Shown here piece by piece: positions 53,808 to 64,000 of a DNA stretch of 64,000 nt. This stretch comes from an uncultured Mycoplasmatota bacterium. Its GTDB lineage: Bacteria > Bacillota_I > Bacilli_A > RF39 > UBA660. The notes beneath the pieces are model-generated. The model did not search any database, was not told the DNA's origin, and saw nothing but the letters and a program-made list of their open reading frames with translations. The translations under genes and the position numbers were made by a program. Where the stretch lies: assembly GCA_900549325.1 (NCBI GenBank), contig UROI01000002.1, positions 81 to 64,080 of the forward strand, read 5' to 3'. The stretch's first letter is position 1; every line of letters begins with the position of its first letter.

Positions 53808-54992
53808 TTAGTCATTAGCGTAATTATCAAAGTATCCTTGGATTAATATTACTGGTGTTCCTTTATCTCCTGAGCCACTTGTAAGGTCGCATAATGAACC
53901 CACTAGGTCTACTATTCTTCTTGGGGTTGTTCCTAAACTCTTGTTTTGGCCTACTAGATTTGATTCTTTTTTCTTTATCTCTTCTTTCATAGCTTCGTTA
54001 AGAGCATCTCCTCGTAGGTTTGATAAGGTATTATCGGATACATATTTTAGTTTTATCTCATTTGGAGTACCTTTTAATCCATCTGTGTATGCTGGTGATA
54101 CTACAGGATCCGCTAACTCCCATATTTTACCTACTGGATCTTTAAATGCACCATCACCATATATTAATACTTCTACTTTTTTACCTGTTTCTTCAAACAT
54201 TCTTTTTTGAATATCTAGAACTAAATCTAAACCATCTTTAGGAAATAGTTTTAATTTTTCATCAGTACTCTTGTTTGAACCTAGTAGTCCATATTCAGCA
54301 TTGTAACCACTATTACAAATACTATGAGTCATTATGTTATCTAATCCTAATATAATATTAGCTTCTTTTAATAACATCTTAGTTCTTTCTCTAGTATGGA
54401 TATCGCAGGCTAGAACATCTTTAGTATATTTTAATATTTCTTTGGGATTATTAGAAAAAATGAATTCTATTTTACAATTTTCTTTTTCACATATTTCAGT
54501 ATATACATCTATATAATTTACTCCAGTGAATTCATGGACGATACCTCTAAAATATTCATTATACTTCTCAATACCGAATGAATCACTATATGGATTAATA
54601 TTATATTTATCTAATAAGTCTTCACTAAATAAATGATTACCTACTTCATCTGCTGGATAAGAAAGTAACATATATATCTTATCTACTCCTCTAGCAATAC
54701 CTTTTAGTATCATAGAAAATCTATTTCTACTTAATATTGGGAATACTAAACCAACTTCTTTATTTGGAAATTTGTTTTTTATATCTTCCGCTATAACATC
54801 TACTGTGACATAGTTACCACTGGCAATACCAACAACTGCTTCGGTTACTCCGATTATATCGCGGTCGTGTATTTTGAAGTTTTCACTTTCACTAGCTCTA
54901 AGGACTGAATTTACAACAATCTCTTCGAGATTATCTCCTTCTTTAATTATTCCTGTTCTTATACCTCTCGCGGTAGTTCCTACATATCTCAT
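53808..54992 (-). CDS. CofE-like gamma-glutamyl ligase family protein
   Basis: N-terminal [25 protein letters not shown]...[12 protein letters not shown] resembles the F420-0:gamma-glutamyl ligase fold proteins common in Firmicutes. Confidence 0.6.
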   Translation of the reverse strand: MRYVGTTARGIRTGIIKEGDNLEEIVVNSVLRASESENFKIHDRDIIGVTEAVVGIASGNYVTVDVIAEDIKNKFPNKEVGLVFPILSRNRFSMILKGIARGVDKIYMLLSYPADEVGNHLFSEDLLDKYNINPYSDSFGIEKYNEYFRGIVHEFTGVNYIDVYTEICEKENCKIEFIFSNNPKEILKYTKDVLACDIHTRERTKMLLKEANIILGLDNIMTHSICNSGYNAEYGLLGSNKSTDEKLKLFPKDGLDLVLDIQKRMFEETGKKVEVLIYGDGAFKDPVGKIWELADPVVSPAYTDGLKGTPNEIKLKYVSDNTLSNLRGDALNEAMKEEIKKKESNLVGQNKSLGTTPRRIVDLVGSLCDLTSGSGDKGTPVILIQGYFDNYAND

Positions 54993-55054
54993 GTCTATCA
55001 CCCTCCTAATATAATTATATATTATATAAATTTAAATTAAAAGAATTTTTACTA

Positions 55055-56074
55055 TCACTTGACACTTTTTTTGTCATAAATTATATTATTTATACCACTT
55101 GATATTACTAGTGATAATTTATCTATTTGGAAATCTATTTCTTTTGGAGTTACAATAAAATTATAGTTAAGTGAATTTAGTACTTCCTCAATTAAACTTA
55201 TTCTATCGATATCAGATAATTCTCCTATTAAACCTAGTACTTCTTTCTTTTCTTCAGTACTTAGATTTTTATCTTTTATTTTATCTAAATAGTTATATCT
55301 ATTAAATACTAATTTATTTTTGGATGAATTGTCTTTGATATAAGAGATATGTTTGAATAAATAATTTATTGTATCATATACAATAATGGAAGAACCTACT
55401 ACTGTGGGAATACCTATGGCAATAACTGGTATACCAAGGGTACTACTACTTATTTCTTTACGCATATTACCTATACCACTTCCTGGATGGATACCAGTAT
55501 CAGTTATTTGAATACTCTTATTTATTCTACTTATTGTAGAGGCCGCTAGTGCATCTATTACTATGATAAGACTTGGTTTTATTTTTTTTGCAATTGACGA
55601 TATTATATCCTGCGTTTCAATACCTGTATCCGCCATTACACCTGGAGCTATCTTGGATACTTTTAAAATATTTTCTTCTGGGCTTTCTAGGAGAAATAGA
55701 TGCCTTGTTACAATAATATTTTCAAGTGCTTTTGGTCCTAGACTATCTGGAGTACTCTTAGCATTACCTAAACCCACAACTAGTATAGAAGATTTATCAT
55801 AGTCTGATAAGATAGTCTTTAATTCATCCTCAAATACTTTGGTTACTTTCTCTCTATTAGTGGTATCTGTAACATCTGCAAATTCTATAGTAATATAGTT
55901 ACCTTTTTTCTTATTTAGTATTTTACTTGTCTCTTCATCAACATTTACTTTTGTTACCTTAATATCATCAATATTATAGGTATCACTTTTAATACTTAAA
56001 CTACTATTTTCTATGGTATCTAATACTAAATCAGTATGTATATCATACTTTTTTAGGTCAATTTCATGATTCAT
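55055..56074 (-). CDS. gpr: Germination protease GPR
   Basis: VVGLGNAKSTPDSLGPKALENIIVTRHL...APGVMADTGIET...IDALAA...QITDTGIHPGSGIGN aligns along B. subtilis Gpr. Confidence 0.92.
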   Translation of the reverse strand: MNHEIDLKKYDIHTDLVLDTIENSSLSIKSDTYNIDDIKVTKVNVDEETSKILNKKKGNYITIEFADVTDTTNREKVTKVFEDELKTILSDYDKSSILVVGLGNAKSTPDSLGPKALENIIVTRHLFLLESPEENILKVSKIAPGVMADTGIETQDIISSIAKKIKPSLIIVIDALAASTISRINKSIQITDTGIHPGSGIGNMRKEISSSTLGIPVIAIGIPTVVGSSIIVYDTINYLFKHISYIKDNSSKNKLVFNRYNYLDKIKDKNLSTEEKKEVLGLIGELSDIDRISLIEEVLNSLNYNFIVTPKEIDFQIDKLSLVISSGINNIIYDKKSVK

Positions 56075-56117
56075 TGTTATCACCAGTAATATTTTTTACA
56101 AAAAGTACCGAAAATAT

Positions 56118-56146
56118 TTGCTTTTTTAGCATTTTTTTGGTAAAAT
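56118..56146 (+). promoter_or_regulatory. Sigma-A promoter of rpsT
   Basis: TTGCTT, 17 nt, TAAAAT with an upstream TGG (extended -10). Confidence 0.6.
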
Positions 56147-56176
56147 TATAATTAGTTTTGGGAGGAGATGAAATTT

Positions 56177-56446
56177 ATGGCAAACGTTAAAAATGCAAAG
56201 AAGAAAATTAAGCAAATTAACAAGGTAACTTTAGCAAACCAACAACTAAAATCTACTGTTAAAAACGCTATTAAAGAAACTGATAAAGCAGTGGCTGCTG
56301 GTAACAAAGAAAGAGCTGAAGATAGATTAAAATTAGCTATCAAATCTTTAGATAACGCTAAGGTAAAAGGTTTAGTACATAAAAATAAAGTTGATAGAGA
56401 AAAATCTAGATTAACTAAAAAAGTAAATACTATGGAAGTAAAGTAA
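56177..56446 (+). CDS. rpsT: 30S ribosomal protein S20
   Basis: MANVKNAKKKIKQINK...KGLVHKNKVDREKSRL. GGAGG RBS. Confidence 0.93.
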   Translation: MANVKNAKKKIKQINKVTLANQQLKSTVKNAIKETDKAVAAGNKERAEDRLKLAIKSLDNAKVKGLVHKNKVDREKSRLTKKVNTMEVK

Positions 56447-56464
56447 TTACTTCTTTTTTTATAT

Positions 56465-56492
56465 TAAAAAAGGAACGAAATGTCCCTTTTCT
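56465..56492. terminator. Shared hairpin between convergent rpsT and hicB
   Basis: AAGGAAC-GAAAT-GTCCCTT flanked by A-run and T-run. Pairs fully (with G-U) on the minus-strand transcript. Confidence 0.5.
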
Positions 56493-56525
56493 TCATCAGA
56501 AAAATGATAATTGTTATTTATTTTA

Positions 56526-56915
56526 CTACAATAGGTTTAACTCATTTTTTAAACTTTCTTGTAATAATTTAGAAAAGTTAATACCTTTCATATCTGCAAG
56601 ATTTTTTAACCACTCTGGCATAGTTACTGTTGTATTTACTGTTTTGGAAGATATTTTCTTTTCGTGTTCTACAGGATCTAACTCTACCATAGTAATAAAG
56701 TCGCCATCTTTTACTTTGATGTCCATATAATTGAATGTTGGCTTTGGTAATCTATCTTTATACTCTGGTAACATAGCATACAATGCATCTTGTGCCATAT
56801 AATATGCATCATCAAAACCAACACCATATGTAAACACATCATCAAAATCAATAAATTTTACATTGTATGCATCTCCTTCTTTGGAAAAAATCGCAGGATA
56901 AAAATATTTTTTCAT
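56526..56915 (-). CDS. hicB: HicB-family antitoxin
   Basis: MKKYFYPAIFSKEGDAYNVKFIDFDDVFTYG is a typical HicB N-terminal fold, with a C-terminal RHH-like tail. Lies downstream of hicA. Confidence 0.8.
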   Translation of the reverse strand: MKKYFYPAIFSKEGDAYNVKFIDFDDVFTYGVGFDDAYYMAQDALYAMLPEYKDRLPKPTFNYMDIKVKDGDFITMVELDPVEHEKKISSKTVNTTVTMPEWLKNLADMKGINFSKLLQESLKNELNLL

Positions 56916-56956
56916 TTTTTATTAGTAGTTTAGTAATAGTGTTTCAAGTACAGAAA

Positions 56957-57139
56957 CTAAAGCTTAATTCCTGTACTTTTCACTATTTGTGATAAAGTAC
57001 CTATGGGAATATCCCCTTTATGGTTGGGAACTATGCAAACTTTGTTGTCTTTTTTATATTTCATATGTGAACCTTTTTGACTTATAAGAACCCAACCATC
57101 TTTTTCAAGTGCTTTTATCACTTTTTTAACAACTACCAT
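56957..57139 (-). CDS. hicA: HicA-family mRNA interferase toxin
   Basis: 60 aa. KKVIKALEKDGWVLISQKGSHMKYKK...IVPNHKGDIPIGTL. Confidence 0.85.
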   Translation of the reverse strand: MVVVKKVIKALEKDGWVLISQKGSHMKYKKDNKVCIVPNHKGDIPIGTLSQIVKSTGIKL

Positions 57140-57273
57140 CTTCCTCCTTTCATTATGAAATTATACCATCTTTTTTTACGCTTGTCAACACGTGTATTTG
57201 TTTTTTCAATTATATTATATGCAATGCAAATTTAAATATAACTTATATTTTTTATGCGATAAAATAAATACTT

Positions 57274-57327
57274 CAATTTGAAGACCTTAGGCTTCAAATT
57301 GCCTCGGAAGACTACAGGCTTACGAGG
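57274..57327 (+). repeat. Tandem-hairpin intergenic element, copy F
   Basis: CAATTTGAAG-ACCTTAGG-CTTCAAATTG immediately followed by CCTCGGAAG-ACTACAGG-CTTACGAGG. Confidence 0.65.
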
Positions 57328-57329
57328 AA

Positions 57330-57358
57330 TATAAAAAGAAAGAGAATTAAATCTCTTC
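57330..57358 (-). terminator. Rho-independent terminator
   Basis: Minus strand: GGAAGAGA-TTTAAT-TCTCTTTC followed by TTTTTAT. Confidence 0.6.
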
Positions 57359-57517
57359 CTATATCATATTTTCTAGGTTATCTATAGCTTTTGTTTTAGC
57401 AGAATTCATTTTTCTAGCTAACTTCTTAATATTACCATTTTTAATGTTTTGATATAGAGCGGCACTACCTACTCCTATACCCATACCCATTAAAGCCATA
57501 CCTACTTTGGATTTCAT
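57359..57517 (-). CDS. Possible 52-aa glycine-zipper membrane protein
   Basis: MKSKVGMALMGMGIGVGSAALYQNIKNGNIKKLARKMNSAKTKAIDNLENMI. GGGTGA RBS and a terminator directly downstream. Confidence 0.45.
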   Translation of the reverse strand: MKSKVGMALMGMGIGVGSAALYQNIKNGNIKKLARKMNSAKTKAIDNLENMI

Positions 57518-57602
57518 TATTTTATCACCCCTTTAAAATATGACAGGTATTTAAGTATTATTAAATACCAATAATATTATTGACTGAATTATTATAATTA
57601 TA

Positions 57603-59789
57603 CTAGATATTGTATTTATTTATTATTAAATCTTTTAGGGTTGTTTTTCTATTGTCTACATAGTCATTGTTTATACCATAGATAAAGGAATTTGGCTCTC
57701 CGACGATGATGAGACTTTTTTTAGCTCTAGTAACTCCAGTGTATACTAGTTTGTTGTATAGCATTCTTTTAAAGTTTGAAGTTATTGGCATGATAACAGT
57801 ATCAAATTCACTACCTTGGGCTTTATGAATACTAATGGCATATCCATGTCTAAAGTTAATAAATTTATCAGGAGTGTATTCTACGATATTGCCATCATAA
57901 TTTATATTTATTTGATTTGGTATTTTTTTGCCATCTGATACAATGATTTCTTCGATATATCCAATATCACCATTGTAGACATTGTTGTCGGGATCGTTAA
58001 CTAGTTGAAGGACTTTGTCGCATTCTCTATAGACAACATCTTTGAAGACTATTTCTTTTTTGTTTTTGGCTTTGGGATTGAATAACTCCTGGAGCATGAT
58101 GTTTAGGCTATCTATGCCATTTATGCTCTTGTACATCGGAGCTAGTACTTGGATGTCCATATCGGAATAGCCTTTTTTGATAGCCTTAGTTACTACTTCT
58201 TTGATGTAGGATAAGGTATTATCATTGTCACTATTTATGAATAGGTAATCGTCTTTTTTTATGAATAAGTCTTCACTAATGTTTTTGCTTTTTATGTCAT
58301 AGGCTAGATTTAATATGTAGGATCCTTCGGTTTGACGATATATTTTGTTTAAACTTATTACAGGAAGGCAGTCGCTATCTATTAAGTCTTTTAGTATTTG
58401 ACCTTCGCTAACACTTGGAAGCTGATAGTAGTCTCCGACGAGGATAAGATGGATATCTCTCTTTGTTCCTTTTAGAAGGGCTTCCATAAGAAGAGTATCA
58501 ATCATACTTACTTCATCTACGATGATGTATTTTTCTTTATTTGGATTATATTCATCTGTGGCAAAGGTGTTGGTATCTTTATCCCAACCTAAATATTTAT
58601 GTATGGTATAGGCGGGAAGGTTTGTTGTTTCCATCATTTTTTTGGCCGCTCGTCCAGTGGGAGCAAGGAGTGCTATATCAGTGTCGTGTGCTTTCTTGCT
58701 ATCCATAATGATACTGACAATGGCTTTGATTATGGTTGTTTTTCCTGTACCTGGTCCTCCGGTGATGATGGTGATGTTATTGTTTACACCACTTTCGATG
58801 GCCTTTAACTGGATATCATCATATGTTATTTTGTTAAATTTATCGTTATCAATATATTTCATTATACTGGTATTTGTCATAATTGGCATATCGTTTAGGA
58901 AGCAGATTCTTTCGCAGATGTATTTTTCGGCTTCGTAAAAATGTTTTAGATAGTATCTTTTGTCTTCAATAACTATTTTGCCTTCGCGTACTAACTGCAA
59001 AATTAGGTAATCAAACTTTTCTGGAGTAATGCTAACATAGTTTGATAGATTGAATGATATTTCTTCTTCGGTTAGATAGGTGTCGCCATTGTTAAAGCAG
59101 AGATTTTTCATGACATATATTATTAGTGCTTTTACCCGGCGGTCATCTTCTTCATTAATTCCCATTCCTATGGCTATTTCATCGATTTTGGTAAAAGGCA
59201 TTTCATCGGTTTCGATTAGTTCATATATGTTAGTATTTACTGTATCTAATATTTTATTATTGTATTTGTTTAAAAAACTTAAAGACTCTTTCATTTCAAA
59301 GCCTAACTTGGTTAGTTCGATTACAACACTGGATGTATCTTGATAGTCTTTTAGGACTTCATATATTTTGTCTATTTTTTTGTCTGTTAGTCTTGGTATT
59401 CCTACGAGGCAAGATTTGTCTTCGAGTATTTTGTTTATGACATCTTCTTTTAGAGTACTCACTATTTTTTCTGCTGTTTTTTCGCCGATGGGAAATAGAT
59501 CACTTGATAGGAATGTTATTAGTTCTTCTTCTTTGGTAGGAACATTTACATTAAAACTATTTACATTCATTTGAAGACCGTATTTAGGGTGATTGGCTAC
59601 TTCTCCATATAAGATATATTCTTTTTTATCGCTAAGTCTTGGAATAGTTCCGGTAATATTTATTACATCTCCTTCTTCAAACTCGGAAAAAGTACTTTCT
59701 TTTACCTTAAATAGTCCTACCATGTAGCTATTTATTTCATTACGATATATTTCTTTATATAGCATTCCTTTGATAAAATTTTCTTCCAT
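57603..59789 (-). CDS. recD2: RecD2-type ATP-dependent DNA helicase (YrrC-like)
   Basis: ITGGPGTGKTT, IIVDEVSMID, LVGDYYQLPSV, AISIHKAQGSEF, YTGVTRAK are superfamily 1B RecD motifs. Confidence 0.9.
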   Translation of the reverse strand: MEENFIKGMLYKEIYRNEINSYMVGLFKVKESTFSEFEEGDVINITGTIPRLSDKKEYILYGEVANHPKYGLQMNVNSFNVNVPTKEEELITFLSSDLFPIGEKTAEKIVSTLKEDVINKILEDKSCLVGIPRLTDKKIDKIYEVLKDYQDTSSVVIELTKLGFEMKESLSFLNKYNNKILDTVNTNIYELIETDEMPFTKIDEIAIGMGINEEDDRRVKALIIYVMKNLCFNNGDTYLTEEEISFNLSNYVSITPEKFDYLILQLVREGKIVIEDKRYYLKHFYEAEKYICERICFLNDMPIMTNTSIMKYIDNDKFNKITYDDIQLKAIESGVNNNITIITGGPGTGKTTIIKAIVSIIMDSKKAHDTDIALLAPTGRAAKKMMETTNLPAYTIHKYLGWDKDTNTFATDEYNPNKEKYIIVDEVSMIDTLLMEALLKGTKRDIHLILVGDYYQLPSVSEGQILKDLIDSDCLPVISLNKIYRQTEGSYILNLAYDIKSKNISEDLFIKKDDYLFINSDNDNTLSYIKEVVTKAIKKGYSDMDIQVLAPMYKSINGIDSLNIMLQELFNPKAKNKKEIVFKDVVYRECDKVLQLVNDPDNNVYNGDIGYIEEIIVSDGKKIPNQININYDGNIVEYTPDKFINFRHGYAISIHKAQGSEFDTVIMPITSNFKRMLYNKLVYTGVTRAKKSLIIVGEPNSFIYGINNDYVDNRKTTLKDLIINKYNI

Positions 59790-59912
59790 TTGATACATCC
59801 TTTCTTCTTAATAATTATATCAATTTGGGAAGGTAAAGTAAATAAAAAAGAATGGTTATTAATAAAAAAAACCTAGAGAAATCAATCATACTCGTGAAAT
59901 AAAAAAGAACTA

Positions 59913-60794
59913 TCATTTACTTTTTTGATAGTTCGTTATTAGTTTACTAGTTTTATACAAATAATCAATCATTTTATTTATTTTTATACACATTTTATAT
60001 TCGTCATTTTCTAACTCTATCTTACTAGGAATAGCTAGCTGGCTGAATAAAAGTAGTCTTTCTTCCTCTTTTAATGGGTAACTACTTTCGTAGTAATGAA
60101 ATAGGTCGTCAAAATCTAATTCTAGATAGTGATTCTTATAGAAGGATAATAAATCATATATTGGGCTATCTATTCTACTTTTATTCCAACTAATAAGATA
60201 GGGCTTCTCACTTTTTATATAATGATCGAGAGTGATGTTGTTATGAATGTTAACTACTCGCTCATTTTTGCTATCCTCTACTTTTTTGTACCAGGCTTCT
60301 ATTTTGTCTCGGGAATAATAGATGCTTTCAAATATTATATTAATATTTCTCGCTATTAAATATGATGATGGCGACATATACACTTCTTTTTCTATGGATG
60401 TAATTAGATCTGTATAATAGTTATTTAGGTAGTCTAAGTTGTTTATAGTGGTTTCGTATATTTCTTTGTTGTGGTCGATGTCTACTTCCCTGTAAAAGGT
60501 TGTTTTGCTGTGTAGGAGACTAAGAAGATATATTAAATCCATGGCTTTTTGTTCTTTTGGTTCATAACTATTTTTGATATAAGGATATAGTTCATACTTT
60601 TTATCAATGGCAACTGGTTCGGGAAAATAATCAAAGGAACGAGACTTTAAATAGCTATATGTTCTTTCTATGTCATCTTTTTTTCTTTCTTTAACTACTA
60701 GTTTGTCATCTATTATTTTGGCATTTGATAGAATGGTAATTTTATTTATGGGAATGTTATACTTAGTAAGTATTTCGCGTAAATTGTTATTCAC
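59913..60794 (-). CDS. ysxE: CotS/YsxE-like spore coat kinase-fold protein
   Basis: 293 aa. Overlaps and follows spoVID as ysxE does in B. subtilis. HNNITLDHY resembles the kinase-like catalytic loop. Confidence 0.6.
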   Translation of the reverse strand: MNNNLREILTKYNIPINKITILSNAKIIDDKLVVKERKKDDIERTYSYLKSRSFDYFPEPVAIDKKYELYPYIKNSYEPKEQKAMDLIYLLSLLHSKTTFYREVDIDHNKEIYETTINNLDYLNNYYTDLITSIEKEVYMSPSSYLIARNINIIFESIYYSRDKIEAWYKKVEDSKNERVVNIHNNITLDHYIKSEKPYLISWNKSRIDSPIYDLLSFYKNHYLELDFDDLFHYYESSYPLKEEERLLLFSQLAIPSKIELENDEYKMCIKINKMIDYLYKTSKLITNYQKSK

Positions 60795-61497
60795 CTTTTT
60801 TTGGAATTATTACTTTTTCTCCTGGTTTGACATCGCTTATGTCATTATAACTTTCAAAATCTTCTTTAGATATTTCATACTTAGTAAGTATCTTCTCGAG
60901 AGTATCTTCTTCTTTTACAATGTAGACATAATAAGTTGCGTAAGTCTCTGTGCTATCTAGGTTTGAAAATAAGTCTGTTCCAATATTTACTGATTCCTCT
61001 CTTGATTCTTCTTTTGTATTTACTTCCGGTGATTTTGTTTCTTCATTTTTATTCTGAACCAATGTATCTTCTGGTACATTAATTGGCACACTTGGTGTTC
61101 TTAACTCTTCTTCTGGCAATTCTTCTTGGACATTAAGCATCTCTTCTGGTTCGTTTTTTGCTGGCTCTTCTGGTAAATATTCTGCTTCAATGAATAAGTC
61201 TATATTTACTTTTAGAGTATCTTCATTAATTACATCATAATAAAAGTCTTCAATATCAGCATTAACTGTACTTATGTCATATCTAGGATCCAAAGTAATG
61301 TCAAATGGTAAATCGAAGGAAAATTTTTCTCTACTGATAGAGCCTTCGTTCATTTTATAGTCTCCTGTTATGTGGAAAACTCCAGATACTACTTTGTCTT
61401 CGGTTACTTCTAAGTCCCTTTCTAGCGATATAGAAGTAATTTCACTAACTTTTGTTTTAAATGGTAATTCTTTTTTGAATGGTATTATCTGTTTCAT
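60787..61497 (-). CDS. spoVID: Stage VI sporulation protein D (SpoVID-like, C-terminal LysM)
   Basis: N-terminal FKTKVSEITSISLERDLEV...GVFHITGDYKMN, an acidic middle, and the C-terminal LysM YYVYIVKEEDTLEKILTKY. Confidence 0.75.
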   Translation of the reverse strand: MKQIIPFKKELPFKTKVSEITSISLERDLEVTEDKVVSGVFHITGDYKMNEGSISREKFSFDLPFDITLDPRYDISTVNADIEDFYYDVINEDTLKVNIDLFIEAEYLPEEPAKNEPEEMLNVQEELPEEELRTPSVPINVPEDTLVQNKNEETKSPEVNTKEESREESVNIGTDLFSNLDSTETYATYYVYIVKEEDTLEKILTKYEISKEDFESYNDISDVKPGEKVIIPKKGE

Positions 61498-61604
61498 AAT
61501 CACTCTTCCTTTCAATAAAGAATATGTTAAAATTTATAAATTATGAAAAAATAGTTCTTTTTTTTATTATTTAATGTTATACTTATTTAAGAGGAGGTAG
61601 AATT

Positions 61605-62096
61605 ATGGGTTTAGATAGTATTTTAGGAAACAGTAATAGTTTTTCTAGTAATCTAGGAGGTGTGGCTGCCGCTGGGGTATGGATGATTGTTTCAGTCGTA
61701 CTTGCTATAATTGGTGGTCTTGCATTGTACTTTTTAGTATTTACAAAGCAAAATGAAAATAAATTCACTGGAAATATGGCTTGGATTTATGACTTTTTTA
61801 CATTTAAAAAAATGTTACTAGAAACTTTACTTAAGATATTATATATGATTGTAGCTATATATATTACATTGTCTTCATTCTCATTAATATCTATAAGTTT
61901 TATTGGTTTCTTACTTCAATTAACATTGGGAAATCTACTTGCAAGAATTGGATTTGAATTTTCATTATTATTATTAACAATCTGCAAGAACACTACTGAA
62001 ATTAATGATAAGTTATCTAAAAACAAAAAAGAAGATAAGAAAGAAGTAAAAGAAATAAAAGCAGATAAAAAAGAAGATAAGAAAGACAAAGAGTAA
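61605..62096 (+). CDS. Membrane protein with Lys/Glu-rich tail
   Basis: Three or four TM helices. AGGAGG RBS. Confidence 0.6.
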   Translation: MGLDSILGNSNSFSSNLGGVAAAGVWMIVSVVLAIIGGLALYFLVFTKQNENKFTGNMAWIYDFFTFKKMLLETLLKILYMIVAIYITLSSFSLISISFIGFLLQLTLGNLLARIGFEFSLLLLTICKNTTEINDKLSKNKKEDKKEVKEIKADKKEDKKDKE

Positions 62097-62145
62097 AATG
62101 AAGTTATAAAATAAAAGTGGACATTAACAAGATGTTCCACTTTTA

Positions 62146-63651
62146 TTATTTGTTATTTGAATTTAATTTACGAACTTTAGTCAAAGTTTCTTTATTTACT
62201 TTTTGATTTTCTATCAATGTATTTTTCATTAGAAATATTTTTTGCCTGCTGTTAAGAATATCATCCTCTAGTAATTCTATTTTTTTATATGCTTCAGTAT
62301 ATTCAGGAAGATTATATTTTAAAAATTTATCTTTAAATTCACACTTTAAATTTTCAATATCTTGAAGTGCTAAATCTATGCTTTTTTCTACTGAACTTAT
62401 GCTACAAATTTTACTATTTAATTCTGAATAATAGTTTTCAAATGAGTAAACTATTTTTTCTTGTTTTTCATAATGTAAGCTGTGATACATACTTCCTACT
62501 AGTTTTCTTGTAGCATATGTTTTGGCGGCTATTCCAGGAAGCAGGCCGCGTAAGGGGGTTAATGAAAGAAGGCCTATATATTTTAATGATGTTGATAGTA
62601 ATTGATTTAATCCATGTAATTTATACTTTGTATATTTTTCATTTGTTATCATGCCAACCTTTAATGATAATTCGTCTATATATTTTTGGTTTGATTTTAG
62701 AATATCATTGCATTTATTGTTGATTTCGTCTAAATCTAGCATTTTTTCTTTAGCATTTTTATATCTCGTATCTCTTTCTGATAATTCTTTTTCTCTTACT
62801 TTTGTTTCTACTTCGAGTTTTTTTGTTTTTATATTTAGTTCTTCTAATTTAATTGTTATATTTTTATATTCATCAAGTAATTTAATATCATTTGGCAATC
62901 TGCTTTCTTCAATATCAGCAATTGTATTTTTATACTTTATTATACTATCTACTAGTTTTTCATCTTTTATGAGCTGTGGCTCTGTTAATAGCCTATCTTT
63001 TATATTATCGAACTCGGCATTAATAGCATTCAATTTTTCTTCTAGTGATTCTACTTCTTTTCTTATAGCTATTGCTTTATTTAAAAGACTTTTATCATTA
63101 CCATATTTTTTTATTAAGTAGGCTTCGCTTTCTATCAAATCACATTGATTATTTAATTTATTAATATTCTTTTTTATTTTTAATATTATTGCAGCCTCCA
63201 TATTATTTTGTATATTTATAGTATGGAGTGTATCATCTTCTGGAACTATGGGATAATTATTTTTTAACTTTATTTCTTTTTCTATAACTGTTTGATTATT
63301 ACTCTTTGATGCTGTATTTTTTTTAATTGTCTTTTCTTCTAAAGTTGGTTTTTTATAATGATTTATGTTATCTATATTGTTCTGTTTTAATGAAATGTCT
63401 GTTGTATCAACATCATTTAAGCTGTTGTTTTTATTAGATACATTATTGTGATCATTATTAGAAAAGTAATCTATAATGTTCTTAATGTAACCCAAAAAAA
63501 TTAGTGGTGAAAATAAAATGATTTTAAATATATTTTCATCTTCTTTTTGTTTATCTAAATATGCTTTTTGCTTTTTTTCTTTTTCTTTCTTTTTTTTATA
63601 AAGAAATGAAAATTTTCTCTCTTTAAATCTCTCTCTAATATTAAATGCCAT
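62146..63651 (-). CDS. Large coiled-coil protein with hydrophobic segments
   Basis: About 500 aa, K/E/N-rich heptads. ATG behind GGTGA chosen as start. Confidence 0.5.
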   Translation of the reverse strand: MAFNIRERFKERKFSFLYKKKKEKEKKQKAYLDKQKEDENIFKIILFSPLIFLGYIKNIIDYFSNNDHNNVSNKNNSLNDVDTTDISLKQNNIDNINHYKKPTLEEKTIKKNTASKSNNQTVIEKEIKLKNNYPIVPEDDTLHTINIQNNMEAAIILKIKKNINKLNNQCDLIESEAYLIKKYGNDKSLLNKAIAIRKEVESLEEKLNAINAEFDNIKDRLLTEPQLIKDEKLVDSIIKYKNTIADIEESRLPNDIKLLDEYKNITIKLEELNIKTKKLEVETKVREKELSERDTRYKNAKEKMLDLDEINNKCNDILKSNQKYIDELSLKVGMITNEKYTKYKLHGLNQLLSTSLKYIGLLSLTPLRGLLPGIAAKTYATRKLVGSMYHSLHYEKQEKIVYSFENYYSELNSKICSISSVEKSIDLALQDIENLKCEFKDKFLKYNLPEYTEAYKKIELLEDDILNSRQKIFLMKNTLIENQKVNKETLTKVRKLNSNNK

Positions 63652-63723
63652 ATGCAATCACCATAAATATAATAGCACATATTTAATTAATTTTAAATAT
63701 TATAATTTATTAAATAACAAAAA

Positions 63724-63756
63724 GTCCAATTACTTATGTTTAAAGTAATTGGACAT
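63724..63756 (-). terminator. rRNA operon terminator
   Basis: Minus strand: GTCCAATTACTT-TAAACAT-AAGTAATTGGAC followed by five T. Confidence 0.75.
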
Positions 63757-63764
63757 AAAAAAAT

Positions 63765-63870
63765 ATTGGCAACGACCTATTTTAGCTTTTATCACTATCT
63801 TCGGCGCTGAAGTGCTTAACTTCTGTGTTCGGTATGGGTACAGGTGAACCACTTCGCAAATATCACCAAT
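63765..63870 (-). rRNA. rrf: 5S ribosomal RNA
   Basis: Minus strand contains CACCTGTACCCATACCGAACACAGAAGTTAAGC and GCGCCGAAGATAGT. Terminal helix ATTGG/CCAAT. Ends within a few nt. Confidence 0.9.
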
Positions 63871-63949
63871 ATAATTTATTAAATTTTTATTTAATAGTTC
63901 TCTGAAAACATGATAATGTGGTTTGTCAAATCAAATTATATAATTTTGG

Positions 63950-64000
63950 GATTAAATCCTCAATCTATTAGTACTAGTCCGCTCAATGTATCGCTACACT
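63950..64000 (-). rRNA. rrl: 23S ribosomal RNA, extreme 3' end (rest lies outside the window)
   Basis: Minus strand reads GAGCGGACTAGTACTAATAGATTGAGGATTTAATCC, matching the conserved 23S 3' terminus. Confidence 0.85.

Noticed and set aside
10040-57327. CRISPR array interpretation of the repeated hairpins.
   Set aside because: Copies are tens of kb apart and their stems differ in sequence. There is no regular repeat-spacer periodicity and no cas genes.
1-64000. Alternative genetic code (TGA as Trp), given the very AT-rich, Mollicutes-like composition.
   Set aside because: All long conserved genes (PFOR, asnS, rny, gap, recD2) are intact under code 11. TGA functions as a stop, for example for ylxM at 48936-48934.

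Overview
Very AT-rich window from an endospore-forming Firmicute. Sporulation genes gpr, spoVID, ysxE-like and yunB are present, and the gpsB-rnpB and gpr-rpsT arrangements resemble Bacilli. Almost every gene lies on the minus strand, including the 5S rRNA and the 3' end of the 23S rRNA at the right edge. Housekeeping content includes RNase P RNA, gpsB, PFOR, asnS, sufB, trmL, queH, murE, ftsY/ylxM, rny, gap, rpsT and recD2. The standout is a ~23 kb co-directional block (17357-40643). It joins a Tad/Flp-like pilus operon (CpaB, CpaF/TadA, TadB, TadC, mini-pilin, TadE-like, TadZ-like, three exported proteins) to a Gram-positive-type T4SS. The T4SS part has three VirB2-like modules, VirB6-like, PrgI/VirB3-like, a two-ORF VirB4, an M23+lysozyme hydrolase, a possible VirB8/TcpC-like protein and a VirD4-type coupling protein. 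I see no relaxase, integrase or replication gene, and housekeeping genes flank both sides. A second unexplained signal is a dispersed family of tandem hairpins at six intergenic loci, with variable covarying stems around a conserved AAG-A...G-CTT core. Other oddities: a hybrid histidine kinase whose H-box His is Asn, a decayed HExxH gene with a frameshift plus an in-frame TAG, an SSB paralogue without the canonical tail, and hicAB. All calls come from reading translations and motifs by eye. No database search was run, and boundaries of RNA and regulatory features are approximate.
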